From Epithemia pelagica (Eukaryota > Protista > Bacillariophyta), in the NCBI GenBank assembly GCA_946965045.2, contig OX337232.1:1-64000 (forward strand): a stretch of 64,000 nt of DNA. The letters run 5' to 3'. Made by a program: the position numbers and the translations under genes. The notes under the pieces were generated by a model. It was not told the origin of the DNA, searched no databases, and saw only the letters and a list, made by a program, of their open reading frames with translations. Position 1 is the stretch's first letter. Each line of letters begins with the position of its first letter. Positions 1-11,072 of this stretch are shown here, piece after piece.

Positions 1-542
1 CCTAACCCTAACCCTAACCCTAACCCTAACCCTAACCCTAACCCTAACCCTAACCCTAACCCTAACCCTAACCCTAACCCTAACCCTAACCCTAACCCTA
101 ACCCTAACCCTAACCCTAACCCTAACCCTAACCCTAACCCTAACCCTAACCCTAACCCTAACCCTAACCCTAACCCTAACCCTAACCCTAACCCTAACCC
201 TAACCCTAACCCTAACCCTAACCCTAACCCTAACCCTAACCCTAACCCTAACCCTAACCCTAACCCTAACCCTAACCCTAACCCTAACCCTAACCCTAAC
301 CCTAACCCTAACCCTAACCCTAACCCTAACCCTAACCCTAACCCTAACCCTAACCCTAACCCTAACCCTAACCCTAACCCTAACCCTAACCCTAACCCTA
401 ACCCTAACCCTAACCCTAACCCTAACCCTAACCCTAACCCTAACCCTAACCCTAACCCTAACCCTAACCCTAACCCTAACCCTAACCCTAACCCTAACCC
501 TAACCCTAACCCTAACCCTAACCCTAACCCTAACCCTAACCC
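1..542 (+). repeat. Telomeric repeat array (CCCTAA)n, about 90 units; left chromosome end
   Basis: Uninterrupted CCCTAA hexamers from base 1 to 542; C-rich strand on +, as expected for a left end of a TTAGGG telomere. Confidence 0.99.
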
Positions 543-814
543 AAAAGAACGGGGGAACAACTAAGAGTGCGGTAATGGTTAGTAATGAATGAAATTAAGG
601 ACTCATATTAAATATGAGTGCTTAGAAATTAGACTTGAGCGGGGCATAGACATTCTGTGCTCATCTGCACAACGAGCAGTGCTCTTTTGCAATAAAAGGC
701 ATATATATCAGTGCTCATATGCACAGATACTATAGCCCCTTGTGCTCATATGCACACGTTCAAATCCTACGGTCTCTAGTACTAAAGACACCCAAAAAAG
801 GCAAATATCCTTAG
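543..814 (-). mobile_element. Segment 1: A-type element terminus, capped directly by telomere
   Basis: Near-identical to 4022-4292, 6769-7040 and 8338-8607; ends aaatatccTTAG at 814. Confidence 0.85.
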
Positions 815-2835
815 TGTAGGGTCCAATAACTATGACCCGACTGCTCTGTGACCATCAAAGTTGTATGCTGGTTATGTATTGCTGTCTCATCCACCTGGGG
901 AAAAAGTACATTGGACACAGATGTCCAAAAATGCCTGATTTGTGTACAGTCCGGGCGATCCTCAAACCCAAAGATGGTTGCCACAGCATCACCCATGTAG
1001 AATGCCTGATTATTTCTCACAGGAACAAGGCAACCAAGAGATTCATGGCGAAGTTCACATAGCACTCGAAAGACCATGTATGCTCGACTCAAGGTCATGC
1101 AAAGTTTGTGCTCAATCAAATTTTTACCTTTGTGGTGAACACTGAACGCTTTTTCACTGTGTGAGTAGTAATACACACAGCCTCCATGCCACCGCACGTC
1201 AGAAAACAGGCTACGAGAAATTTCAGTGTATCGCATGGACCCCAAACCTGTTCCATGAAATGCCAATTCCAAATAGGAGGCAAGGACATCAATGTCGCAG
1301 AGATCATAGTCGTCCTGAAGAACAATATCCTCTTGGGAGTAATTATTGTGACCCGATGCCAAAGTCATTGTTGTCTTGCCCATAGAACTCCAACACACGA
1401 ACAGTGGATATCGTCGATTCAGTAGATTCACCCAACGATTACCCTTGATCACCTTGCAAAGTGAAGCAACCAACTTGTCAAAGATGATCGGAATGACGTT
1501 CGACCATTTTTGAAACTTGAACATAAAACCATCAACAAGTATATCGTAGTTGTCTTGAATGGACACTTTCCGTGAAGACGGTGTGAGCGACTCTCTCTCC
1601 CGCATATGCCGAATCATACTTGCCAAAAAATTGACTGTGATGGAGTTTTGAACATTTTCCACCAGCCGAGAAGCTTTCTCATGGTAGCCCCGTCCCATGA
1701 AGTATATCATTGAGCAAATACTGGCCCGAAGCATGGCCAAAATGGCTGACAGCATTGTCGCAATGTAGGAGGGACTCCAAACAGAAAGTGTCTCTGAACC
1801 TTCTTGCCCCCGGACAACTCTCCCCGCGCAGTAGGTCATGACTGTGGTATGATGCTGAACAGAATCCACTGTTTCTAAACACAGCTTTGCCAGTAAAGAG
1901 GGAATATCTCTAGTGAGTGGCAGAAGTTTGTGGTTGCTTTGACACAGGAACGAGAGCAATTTCTTGAACTCGGGGAGAAGTCTTTTGGAGTATGCAGTGA
2001 AGGTGAAAGTAGAAATCGCATTGGGACTTCTTGCTCTATCAAAGACCAACAGCCTTGATCGGTAATTTGCTGGAACCATCTGGACATGGAGGGCAGCCTG
2101 TGCTGTGAGCCAGTTTTCTCCTTGATGGTACAACAAATCAAAGAGTGGTTGATTGTCGATGATGTGTTTCAAGTTGATGGAGTCATATAAGAAATGCACT
2201 CGTTCCTTGAATGACCTTCCCTTGGGCCTGGATGGGTAAGGTTCGTCTTGGGCCAAGGGATGGAAAAGGGGTACGAAACACCCCATCATATCGGGGAGTA
2301 CATGAAGAGTTGCTTGTAGTTGTGTGCTTGTTTTGAGTGAAGGGGCTTCTTGACAGGAATACTTGATCTGTAATGCCTTGAGGGAAATCATACGGCCACA
2401 GGTACTGATTTGTAGCTCCTCTTCTGTAGGGGAGGGAGCACCGCAGGTACGACCCGAGGACAAATGTCTGTACACATTTTGAAGTTTCAAGCTCCCAACA
2501 AGACAATGACATGAATAGCCCTTGACCTTTTCCCCCGTCATATATTCAGAGACACTTGAAATGTCTTGCATAACACTTTGAAGGAGGGTCATTTGATGTT
2601 CTATCAGTGACTGGCTTTCAGAACGTGAGACAGACACACCATGGCCATTAAGGTGCCTTTGCATGGACCATAGACTGGTTCCGAACGGTTTCCCACATAG
2701 GCGACACCCCATACCAAAGGGGGTCACTAGCGTGACATCGACAGCCTGTAGTTTGTTCTCTTCCTTTTTTTTCTTCGTTGGTCTCCTCCTTGATGGAGAA
2801 GGAGTCCCTGGCCCATTATTAGAGGGGGAAGCCAT
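811..2835 (-). CDS. Zn-finger + tyrosine-recombinase-like protein, family A' (674 aa), 3'-truncated; TLH-like N-terminal half
   Basis: N-terminal CRLC..HLNGH and CHC..RHL motifs. YR-like motifs HGTGLGSMRYTE (R), SHSEK (K), QIRHFWT (RH) and EQSGHS (GH). The stop codon is supplied by the junction at 811-814. Confidence 0.7.
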   Translation of the reverse strand: MASPSNNGPGTPSPSRRRPTKKKKEENKLQAVDVTLVTPFGMGCRLCGKPFGTSLWSMQRHLNGHGVSVSRSESQSLIEHQMTLLQSVMQDISSVSEYMTGEKVKGYSCHCLVGSLKLQNVYRHLSSGRTCGAPSPTEEELQISTCGRMISLKALQIKYSCQEAPSLKTSTQLQATLHVLPDMMGCFVPLFHPLAQDEPYPSRPKGRSFKERVHFLYDSINLKHIIDNQPLFDLLYHQGENWLTAQAALHVQMVPANYRSRLLVFDRARSPNAISTFTFTAYSKRLLPEFKKLLSFLCQSNHKLLPLTRDIPSLLAKLCLETVDSVQHHTTVMTYCAGRVVRGQEGSETLSVWSPSYIATMLSAILAMLRASICSMIYFMGRGYHEKASRLVENVQNSITVNFLASMIRHMRERESLTPSSRKVSIQDNYDILVDGFMFKFQKWSNVIPIIFDKLVASLCKVIKGNRWVNLLNRRYPLFVCWSSMGKTTMTLASGHNNYSQEDIVLQDDYDLCDIDVLASYLELAFHGTGLGSMRYTEISRSLFSDVRWHGGCVYYYSHSEKAFSVHHKGKNLIEHKLCMTLSRAYMVFRVLCELRHESLGCLVPVRNNQAFYMGDAVATIFGFEDRPDCTQIRHFWTSVSNVLFPQVDETAIHNQHTTLMVTEQSGHSYWTLH

Positions 2836-3057
2836 TGTCGATAGAGGTTTTGCTGAGAGTGTTCAAGAGACATCTTTCATCGTTCATCAAAGAAAGGGAG
2901 TGATGACCCTTTGCAGAATTGCATTGGGCCCAATTTACTGAACGAATGATGGGTAGGTACAAAGACCTAGAGGCATAAACTAGGAATGGTCAAAATGGGA
3001 TTTTGATGAGAACTAGTGATGGGTGGAATGAGATTTTTCTGTGAAATGCCAGCGTCA

Positions 3058-3069
3058 TTTGGCGGGAAA
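3058..3069. promoter_or_regulatory. E2F-type site TTTGGCGGGAAA in the family A' leader
   Basis: Canonical TTTSSCGS double site about 220 bp upstream of the ATG at 2835. Confidence 0.5.
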
Positions 3070-3217
3070 AAAGATTGTACAAAAAAGTTAGTTGGTCATT
3101 TGTGTACAAATATATGTCACTCGTACACACATATTAGCTGGTTTGTTGTAACAAGGAAATTTTGTACAGCAAACCAAAGGAAATTCAATCTTACGTTGAT
3201 TCTTCTATGTAGAGTAG

Positions 3218-3751
3218 GGCAAGACAAAAACCTAACTGGCAGAGCTCTGAAAAGTATTTGGCCAGTTTAGAGCATATTGAATATGACGGCTTTTCGGGAG
3301 TGGTCAAAGGGGCATAGACAAGGCCACTGCTCAATCGCAACAAAAGCATAACAAATTGCAGCTCATCCGCAACAAATCCTTGCTCATATGCAACAGGCAC
3401 TATAGGATTTTGTGCTCATATGCACACGTTCAAATTCTACGGTCTCTAGTACTAAAAGCTCCCAAAAAAGTGAAATATCCTTAGGGCAAGACAAAAACCT
3501 AACTGGCAGAGCTCTGAAAAGTATTTGGCCAGTATAAAGCATATTGAATATGACGGCTTTTGGGGAGTGGTCAAAGGGGCATAGACAAGGCCACTGCTCA
3601 ATCGCAACAAAAGCATAACAAATTGCAGCTCATCCGCAACAAATCCTTGCTCATATGCAACAGGCACTTTAGGATTTTGTGCTCATATGCACACGTTCAA
3701 ATTCTACGATCTCTAGTACTTAAAGCTCCCAAAAAAGTGAAATATCCTTAG
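3218..3751 (-). repeat. Two tandem A'-type termini (3218-3484 and 3485-3751, about 267 bp each)
   Basis: Both run ggcaagacaaaaacctaactggc ... gaaatatccTTAG. Confidence 0.9.
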
Positions 3752-4292
3752 AGTTGGATTTCCTTGTAGCCTATCGAAGTACAATGGTAAACTATCAGAT
3801 GTTCATGAATCTGGCCGGTGCATGGAACAGAGGAAGAGACATAACCAGCCGACTCTCAAGCAAAAGCAAGGATGGGCCTCTTTGCAAGAGTCATAATTCA
3901 TGAAACAACAATGACCTTTTGTTGGGCCAAGTGAGGTTTTCAGGTGAAGATGTTGGGCCAATTGAGGTTTTCAGGTGAAGATGTTTGGCGCGAAGGGGCA
4001 CGCAGGCGAGCTTTTCGCGCCAAAGAATGGGGGAACAACTAAGAGTGCGGTAATGGTTAGTAATGAATGAAATTAAAGACTCATACTGAATATGAGTGCT
4101 TAGAAATTGGACTTGAGCGGGGCATAGACATTCTGTGCTCATCTGCACAAGGGGCAGTGCTCTTTTGCAACAAAAGGCATATATATCAGTGCTCATATGC
4201 ACAGATACTATAGCCTCTTGTGCTCATATGCACACGTTCAAATCCTACGGTGTCTAGTACTAAAGACACCCAAAAAAGGCAAATATCCTTAG
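3752..4292 (-). mobile_element. Segment 4: A-type terminus plus leader, no substantial CDS
   Basis: From about 3820 it matches 8135-8607; ends aaatatccTTAG|gg at 4292. Confidence 0.8.
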
Positions 4293-5674
4293 GGATGACG
4301 TGACTCCAATATTCCCTTCGGAATTCAAAGCCATCGACTGCAATATTGCCAATAGGAGTAACAGAGACCTTTTGTGATGATGGCTTGAGGTTTTCTAATT
4401 CTCATTTTTCGAATAGTCGAGCCAAGAAAGTTGATGGTGAAACTTTCTTGGGCCTGTTGTATCATTGCCATGCCTTGCGTAGCGTAGTCACCTTGCATGT
4501 CGTAGACAATGGAGCACATGCTTGCCCTCAAAATGGCAAGGATTGTAGATAGGGTGGAAGCAATAAATCCAGGTGATGAGACCCTCAGTGACCCACCATC
4601 TGCAGTGTCCTTCTTCAAAAGTAGTCTCCCAACACAGTATCTCACGATCGTAGTGTGAGAACAAACATTGGGAATGGTCTCCAATGCAGCTTGTGCGATC
4701 AAACTGGCAATTGACCGCATTCTTGTAGGTGATTCTTTGGCAAAGAACAAATTTTGGTCAGTCCTCCACAGAAACACAAGCAGCTTCATCAGCTCAGGGA
4801 CCAGCCTCTCGGGATACTTAGTGAAGACAAAGGTTGTATGACTTGAAAAGCCACCATCCAATTTTGATCCTTGTTGAAAAGCCAATAGTCTTGCACGGAA
4901 ATTGGCTGGGACCATCTGGACATGCATCAGTGCAAGCTTGGTCAGCCATCTTTTTCCCTCCTCCAAGACAACCTGAAGCAAGACTGGTTGATTGGTAAGG
5001 TTGCTGTCTTCATGAATCATGTCAAATAGCTTGTTCATGTGTTCTCCAAAGGAGCCTTCCTTCCCATGAACCAACGGGTGAAAGATGGGAGTGAACACCC
5101 GTAGCTGGTCGGGAGCAATCTCTAGAGTCATTTGGATAGTGTCAGATGTGATGTCAAAACATGTGGGGCCTTGTTGAGTAAAGTGTGCTCGAATAGCCTG
5201 CAATGACACCCATCTCCAGCAGGTAGACAAAACAAGAACCTCTTGTATAGGGACAGCCCCACAAGTCCTCTTGGAATGCAAGTGCCGCTTCATGTTGGAC
5301 AATTTGGGAGACCCAACAATGCACTTGCACGAATATCCTGCCAATTTCTCATCTGTAAGATACTGCACAACGGATGAAAAATTCTGTCTCACTTGCTCCT
5401 CTTTATTCTTTCTCATGCTCTGCATTCTCAAATTCTCTCCCATGGAAACTGTGATTACATGGGAGTTGAAGTGTCGTTGCATGGACCACAACGAAGCCCC
5501 AAATGGTTTGTCACAGACCCGACATCCAAAACCAAAGGGAGTCACCAAGGTCATTTCTTCACACGACAATCCAACATTGCTCATTCCTCCACCATTACAG
5601 AGTCTTATTTTTTTCATGGGCCTTCTCCTTGAAGGAGATGGGGTCCCCGGCCCAACGGTAGAAATGGGAGCCAT
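4293..5674 (-). pseudogene. ZnF/YR-element gene, family B copy 1; frameshift near 4400, truncated at 4293
   Basis: ORF 4325..5683 is homologous to the 674-aa protein. After a 1-nt shift the reading continues ELENLKPSSQKVSVTPIGNIAVDGFEFRREYWSHVIP, matching ERESLTPSSRKVSIQDNYDILVDGFMFKFQKWSNVIP up to the junction. Confidence 0.8.
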
Positions 5675-5699
5675 TGTCAACAAGAGTCTTTTCGATGTG

Positions 5700-6142
5700 A
5701 CGGTTCACAAAAGAAACAAGGTACAACGCAAGGTCATTCACTCACTATCTTCATGTGAAAGAGGCCCTAAGCAAGGTCATTCACTACAAAATCTGGCAAC
5801 GAATGAGGCCCTAAGCACTAGAAAGTCTGGCTGTGAAAAAGGCCCTAAGGATTATCATTGAGACAAAACTCCTTTAGCGTTAGTCCCTGTCCTTGTTGTC
5901 ATGTTACAATGGTCATATTGAATATAATCGCGCGGGAGAAAAATGGCGCACCAGAGCCCGGCTTAATTGGTTTTGGAGCTCAAGTGCAAAGTGGCATATC
6001 AAAACCAAAGCTCAAGTGCAAAAAGGGCCATACCTAGCTGTACCTATGGGAGCTCATATGCAAAATATGCAGCTCAAGTGCAACCTGTAGAAAGCTACGG
6101 GCTCTGGTACAAAAACTAGAATCTAGACCTAAATTTCCTTAG
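5700..6142 (-). mobile_element. B-type leader and terminus (also about 10620-11072 and 11970-12418)
   Basis: Three near-identical copies ending ctagacctaaatttccTTAG; repeated gctcaagtgcaa motif. Confidence 0.85.
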
Positions 6143-6621
6143 GAATATGGTTTACTACGGAGAGTTAATGTAGGTTTGCAAATCGACCTTCTTGTGGTCG
6201 AAATCGACCTTTTTGTGGTCGCACTAAAATTTCGCACGCAACAATACAGTGATTCAAAATTGACCTTTTTGTGGTCGCGCATGTGATTCTACAGAATGAA
6301 CTTTGTGCGCGCGACAAAAAGGTCGATTTCTAGCAAAACTTAGGGTCATTCACCTCAAAAACTGAAAAGGCCCTAACGCCAGAGATCATTCACCTCAAAA
6401 TCTTTGAGCGACAAGAAGGAAAATGGTTTACTATGGAGAGTTAATGTAGGTTTGCAAATCGACCTTCTTGTGGTCGAAATCGACCTTTTTGTGGTCGCAC
6501 TAAAATTTCGCACGCAACAATACAGTGATTCAAAATTGACCTTTTTGTGGTCGCGCATGTGATTCTACAGAATGAACTTAGTGCGCACGACAAAAAGGTC
6601 GATTTCTAGCAAAACCCTTAG
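6143..6621 (-). mobile_element. Two D-type termini (6143-6343 and 6344-6621) without CDS
   Basis: Both match the terminus of segment 10 (about 9168-9481); end ggtcgatttctagcaaaac(cc)TTAG. Confidence 0.85.
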
Positions 6622-7040
6622 GGCCTTTTTGCAAGAGTCATAATTCATGAAACAACAATGACCTTTTGTTGGGCCAATTGAGGTTTTCAGGTGAAGATGT
6701 TGGGCCTATTGAGGTTTTCAGGTGAAGATGTTTGGCGCGAAGGGACACGCAGGCAAGCTTTTCGCGCCAAAAGAACGGGGGAACAACTAAGAGTGCGGTA
6801 ATGGTTAGTAATGAATGAAATTAAGGACTCATATTGAATATGAGTGCTTAGAAATTAGACTTGAGCGGGGCATAGACATTCTGTGCTCATCTGCACAAGG
6901 GGCAGTGCTCTTTTGCAACAAAAGGCATATATATCAGTGCTCATATGCACAGATACTATAGCCCCTTGTGCTCATATGCACACGTTCAAATCCTACCGTC
7001 TCTAGTACTAAAGACACCGAAAAAAGGCAAATATCCTTAG
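6622..7040 (-). mobile_element. Segment 8: A-type terminus only (419 bp)
   Basis: Matches 8191-8607; ends aaatatccTTAG|gg. Confidence 0.85.
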
Positions 7041-8118
7041 GGCCCAGTACGGACAATGACCCTGCGGTGTCCTTATGCCGCAAAGTCCGGCCAACCGCAT
7101 AAGTCATGAGCATAGTATGGTGCCTGACAGAGTCAGGTGTCTCGAGACACAGATCAACAAGTAATGACTGTAAGTCACATTCTCTCTTCATAATGGATGG
7201 CTGCTGCTTGTGGATGAAGCACAACAATTTCTGGAGCTCTGGAACAAGTCGGTTTGGAAACTTGGTGAATGTGTAGGTCGTATTTGCTCCAGCATGTGAC
7301 CCACTTTCCCTTGTACCATCAAATACCAAAAGCTTCGACCGAAAATTTGCTGGGACCATTTTCACATGAATTGGAGCGCCATGCAACAACCACTTCTCTC
7401 CAAAATCATAGAAAAACTTGAGTATGGGTTCGTTGACTTCATCTTTGCCGGTAGTGGTTGTCAGAGAAAGCAAATTTTCCATCCGTTCTTGAAAGGTTGC
7501 TCCATCTGGCTTGGAAGAGTAGTGTTCCTCCTGAGCCAATGGATGAAACAAAGGAACAAAACAATCAACCATCTCCTCAGATACCATATGGAAAGTTTGG
7601 GTGACCGCTCTCTTTGTTTTCAAGATTGGATCCTCTTGGGAATATTTCATACTGACAGCAGTCATAGATACCAGCCTCCCACAAGAAGTGACTTGTAATT
7701 GTTCCCTCTCAGGCCCAATGGCTCCACAGGAGTTAGGCGAGGAGAGATGACGCATAACATTGCTGAGTCTTGTCCAACCAACAAGACACCTGCAGGAATA
7801 TCCAAGAACAGACCTCCCCGTGAAGAAGTTTTTTGCGGTATGAGGGTCTTCTTGCAAAATTTGCTCAAGGGACTGTTTTCTTGCAACAAGGAGTCGGTTG
7901 TCAGTGGCTGAGACACAGACTCCATGTTGATTTAGATGTCGCTGCATCGACCAAAGACTTTCTCCGAATGATTTCTTGCATATGCCGCATCCCATACCAA
8001 AGGGTGTCACAATTGTAGCATCTAAACATGACAAGCCAATGCCCTGATCGGAACGGATCTTCTTCACAGGCCGTCTCCGGGATGGAGATGGCGTTCCAGG
8101 CCCATTGTTGGTAGCCAT
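7041..8118 (-). pseudogene. ZnF/YR-element gene, family A, truncated at 7041
   Basis: MATNNGPGTPSPSRRRP..TPFGMGCGICKKSF..QRHLNQH aligns with the 674-aa protein to ..GSLSVLGP; the ORF-track tail KDICLF.. is read-through into the next terminus. Confidence 0.8.
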
Positions 8119-8299
8119 TGCTGGTTTCCTTGTGTGCATGGAACAGAGGAAGAGACATAACCAGCCGACTCTCAAGCAAAAGCAAGGATGGGCCTCTTTG
8201 CAAGAGTCATAATTCATGAAACAACAATGACCTTTTGTTGGGCCAATTGAGGTTTTCAGGTGAAGATGTTGGGCCTATTGAGGTTTTCAGGTGAAGATG

Positions 8300-8340
8300 T
8301 TTGGCGCGAAGGGGCGCGCAGGCGAGCTTTTCGCGCCAAA
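8300..8340. promoter_or_regulatory. Inverted pair of E2F-type sites (TTTGGCGCGAA ... TTTCGCGCCAAA) in the family A leader; also 3984-4024 and 6731-6771
   Basis: TTTCGCGCCAAA is the classical DHFR-promoter E2F element; the 11-bp arms form a perfect inverted repeat. Confidence 0.5.
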
Positions 8341-8603
8341 GAATGGGGGAACAACTAAGAGTGCGGTAATGGTTAGTAATGAATGAAATTAAGGACTCAT
8401 ATTGAATATGAGTGCTTAGAAATTAGACTTGAGCGGGGCATAGACATTCTGTGCTCATCTGCACAAGGGGCAGTGCTCTTTTGCAACAAAAGGCATATAT
8501 ATCAGTGCTCATATGCACAGATACTATAGCCCTTGTGCTCATATGCACACGTTCAAATCCTACGGTGTCTAGTACTAAAGACACCCAAAAAAGGCAAATA
8601 TCC

Positions 8604-9095
8604 TTAGGGTAACCTGCTGCAGGGCAGCGGCATGGTAAATGTTGAATTCTCAACTTGAATTATTGGGGTCCAGTTGGTTTCTTGCTGCATGGTTTCTCTT
8701 TGGGGCCTTGGCATGAAGCATCCACACTTCAGCTTGTGGAAGGTCTTCGGAATCACTTCAGCATTGTTGCAACAACCAGCAGTGTGCTTCTCGCACAAAA
8801 GCTTCTTGTGAAACATCTTGTCACAGTGACCACAGAAATACTTGATATCTGTTTCCTTGGACTCGTGTATGAAACAATCAAACGGTTGGTTGTTGGCATT
8901 CTCCACCAAGTCGTGTATCTTTTTTCCAAGATGTCTTCCAGGGAACCGAAATGACACTGCATGAACCTCAGAGCAAGTCTTGGCGTGACGAGCAAGGCAC
9001 TTCATGTTTGCTCGGAAACCAACACCACAGAGTTTACAGACCAAGCCACAGGGTGTGGCAAAGTCCACAAGCCCCAAGTAATCGTCAAACTCCAT
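8604..9095 (-). pseudogene. Divergent Zn-finger gene, family D, truncated at 8608
   Basis: ATPCGLVCKLCGVGF..LARH and YFCGHCDKMFHKKLLCEKH parallel the two Zn motifs of families A and B; stop created by the TTAG junction. Confidence 0.7.
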
Positions 9096-9481
9096 GGTGG
9101 CTGTTGTCGTTCCTATGGTCAAAATAGGTTTGGGACGTATGACCCTCAAAAAAGAGGCCCTAAAGAGGGTCATTCACCTCAAAAACTGAAAAGGCCCTAA
9201 CACCAGTCATTCACCTCAAAAACTGAAAAGGCCCTAACACCAGAGATCATTCACCTCAAAATCTTTGAGCGACAAGAAGGAATATGGTTTACTATGGAGA
9301 GTTAATGTAGGTTCTGAAATCGACCTTTTTCCGGTCGAAATCGACCTTTTTCCGGTCGCACTAAATATAGCACGCAGCAATACAGTGATTTGAAATCGAC
9401 CTTTTTCCGGTCGCGCATGTGATTCTACAGAGTGAACTTAGTGCGCACCGGAAAAAGGTCAATTTCTAGCAAAACTATTAG

Positions 9482-10603
9482 GGTGGAAGCAATAAATCCA
9501 GGTGATGAGACCCTCAGTGACCCACCATCTGCAGTGTCCTTCTTCAAAAGTAGTCTCCCAACACAGTATCTCACGATCGTAGTGTGATAATGAACATTGG
9601 GAATGGTCTCCAATGCAGCTTGTGCGATCAAACTGGCAATTGACCGCATTCTTGTAGGTGATTCTTTGGCAAAGAACAAATTTTGGTCAGTCCTCCACAG
9701 AAACACAAGCAGCTTCATCAGCTCAGGGACCAGCCTCTTGGGATACTTAGTGAAGACAAAGGTTGTATGACTTGAAAAGCCACCATCCAATTTTGATCCT
9801 TGTTGAAAAGCCAATAGTCTTGCACGGAAATTGGCTGGGACCATCTGGACATGCATCGGCGCAAGCTTGGTCAGCCATCTCTTTCCCTCCTCCAAGACAA
9901 CCTGAATCAAGACCGGTTGATTGGTAAGGTTGCTGTCTTCATGAATCATGTCAAATAGCTTGTTCATGTGTTCTCCAAAGGAGCCTTCCTTCCCATGAAC
10001 CAATGGGTGAAAGATGGGAGTGAACACCCGTAGCTGGTCGGGAGCAATCTCTAGAGTCTTTTGGATAGTGTCAGATGTGATGTCGAAACATGTGGGGCCT
10101 TGTTGAGTAAAGTGTGCTCGAATAGCCTGCAATGACACCCATCTCCAGCAGGTAGACAAAACAAGAACCTCTTGTATAGGGACAGCCCCACAAGTCCTCT
10201 TGGAATGCAAGTATTGCTTCATGTTGGACAATTTGGGTGACCCAACAATGCACTTGCACGAATATCCTACCAATTTCTCATCTGTAAGATACTGCACAAC
10301 GGATGAAAAATTCTGTCTCACTTGGTCCTCTTTATTCTTTCTCATGCTCTGCAGTCTCAAATTCTCTCCCATGGAAACTGTGATTCCATGGGAGTTGAAG
10401 TGTTGTTGCATGGACCACAACAAAGCCCCAAATGGTTTGTCACAGACCCGACATCCGAAACCAAAGGGAGTCACCAAGGTCATTTCTTCACACGACAATC
10501 CAACATTGCTCATTCCTCCACCATTGCAGAGTCTTATCTTTTTCATGGGCCTTCTCCTTGAAGGAGATGAGGTCCCCGGCCCAACGGTAGAAATGGGAGC
10601 CAT
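9482..10603 (-). pseudogene. ZnF/YR-element gene, family B copy 2, truncated at 9482
   Basis: Near-identical to copy 1 up to ..GFIASTL; cut at the site that reads gaTAG|GGtgg in copy 1 (4550-4555). Confidence 0.85.
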
Positions 10604-11072
10604 TGTCAACAAGAGTCTTTTCGATGTGACGGTTCACAAAAGAAACCAGGTACAACGCAAGGTCATTCACTCACTATCTTCATGTGAAAGAGGCCCTAAG
10701 CAAGGTCATTCACTACAAAATCTGGCAACGAATGAGGCCCTTAGCACAAGAATGTCTGGCTGTGAAGAAGGCCCTAATGATTATCATTGAGACAAAACTC
10801 CTTTAGCGTTAGTCCCTATCCATGTTGTCATGTAACAATGGTCATATTGAATACAATCGCGCGGGAGAAAAAATGGCGCACCAGAGCCCGGCTTAATTGG
10901 TTTTGGAGCTCAAGTGCAAAGTGGCATATCAAAACCAAAGCTCATGTGCAAAAAGGGCCATACCTATCTGCACCGATGGGAGCTCATATGCAAAATATGC
11001 ACCTCAAGTGCAACCTGTAGAAAGCTACGGGCTCTGGTACAAAAACTAGAATCTAGACCTAAATTTCCTTAG

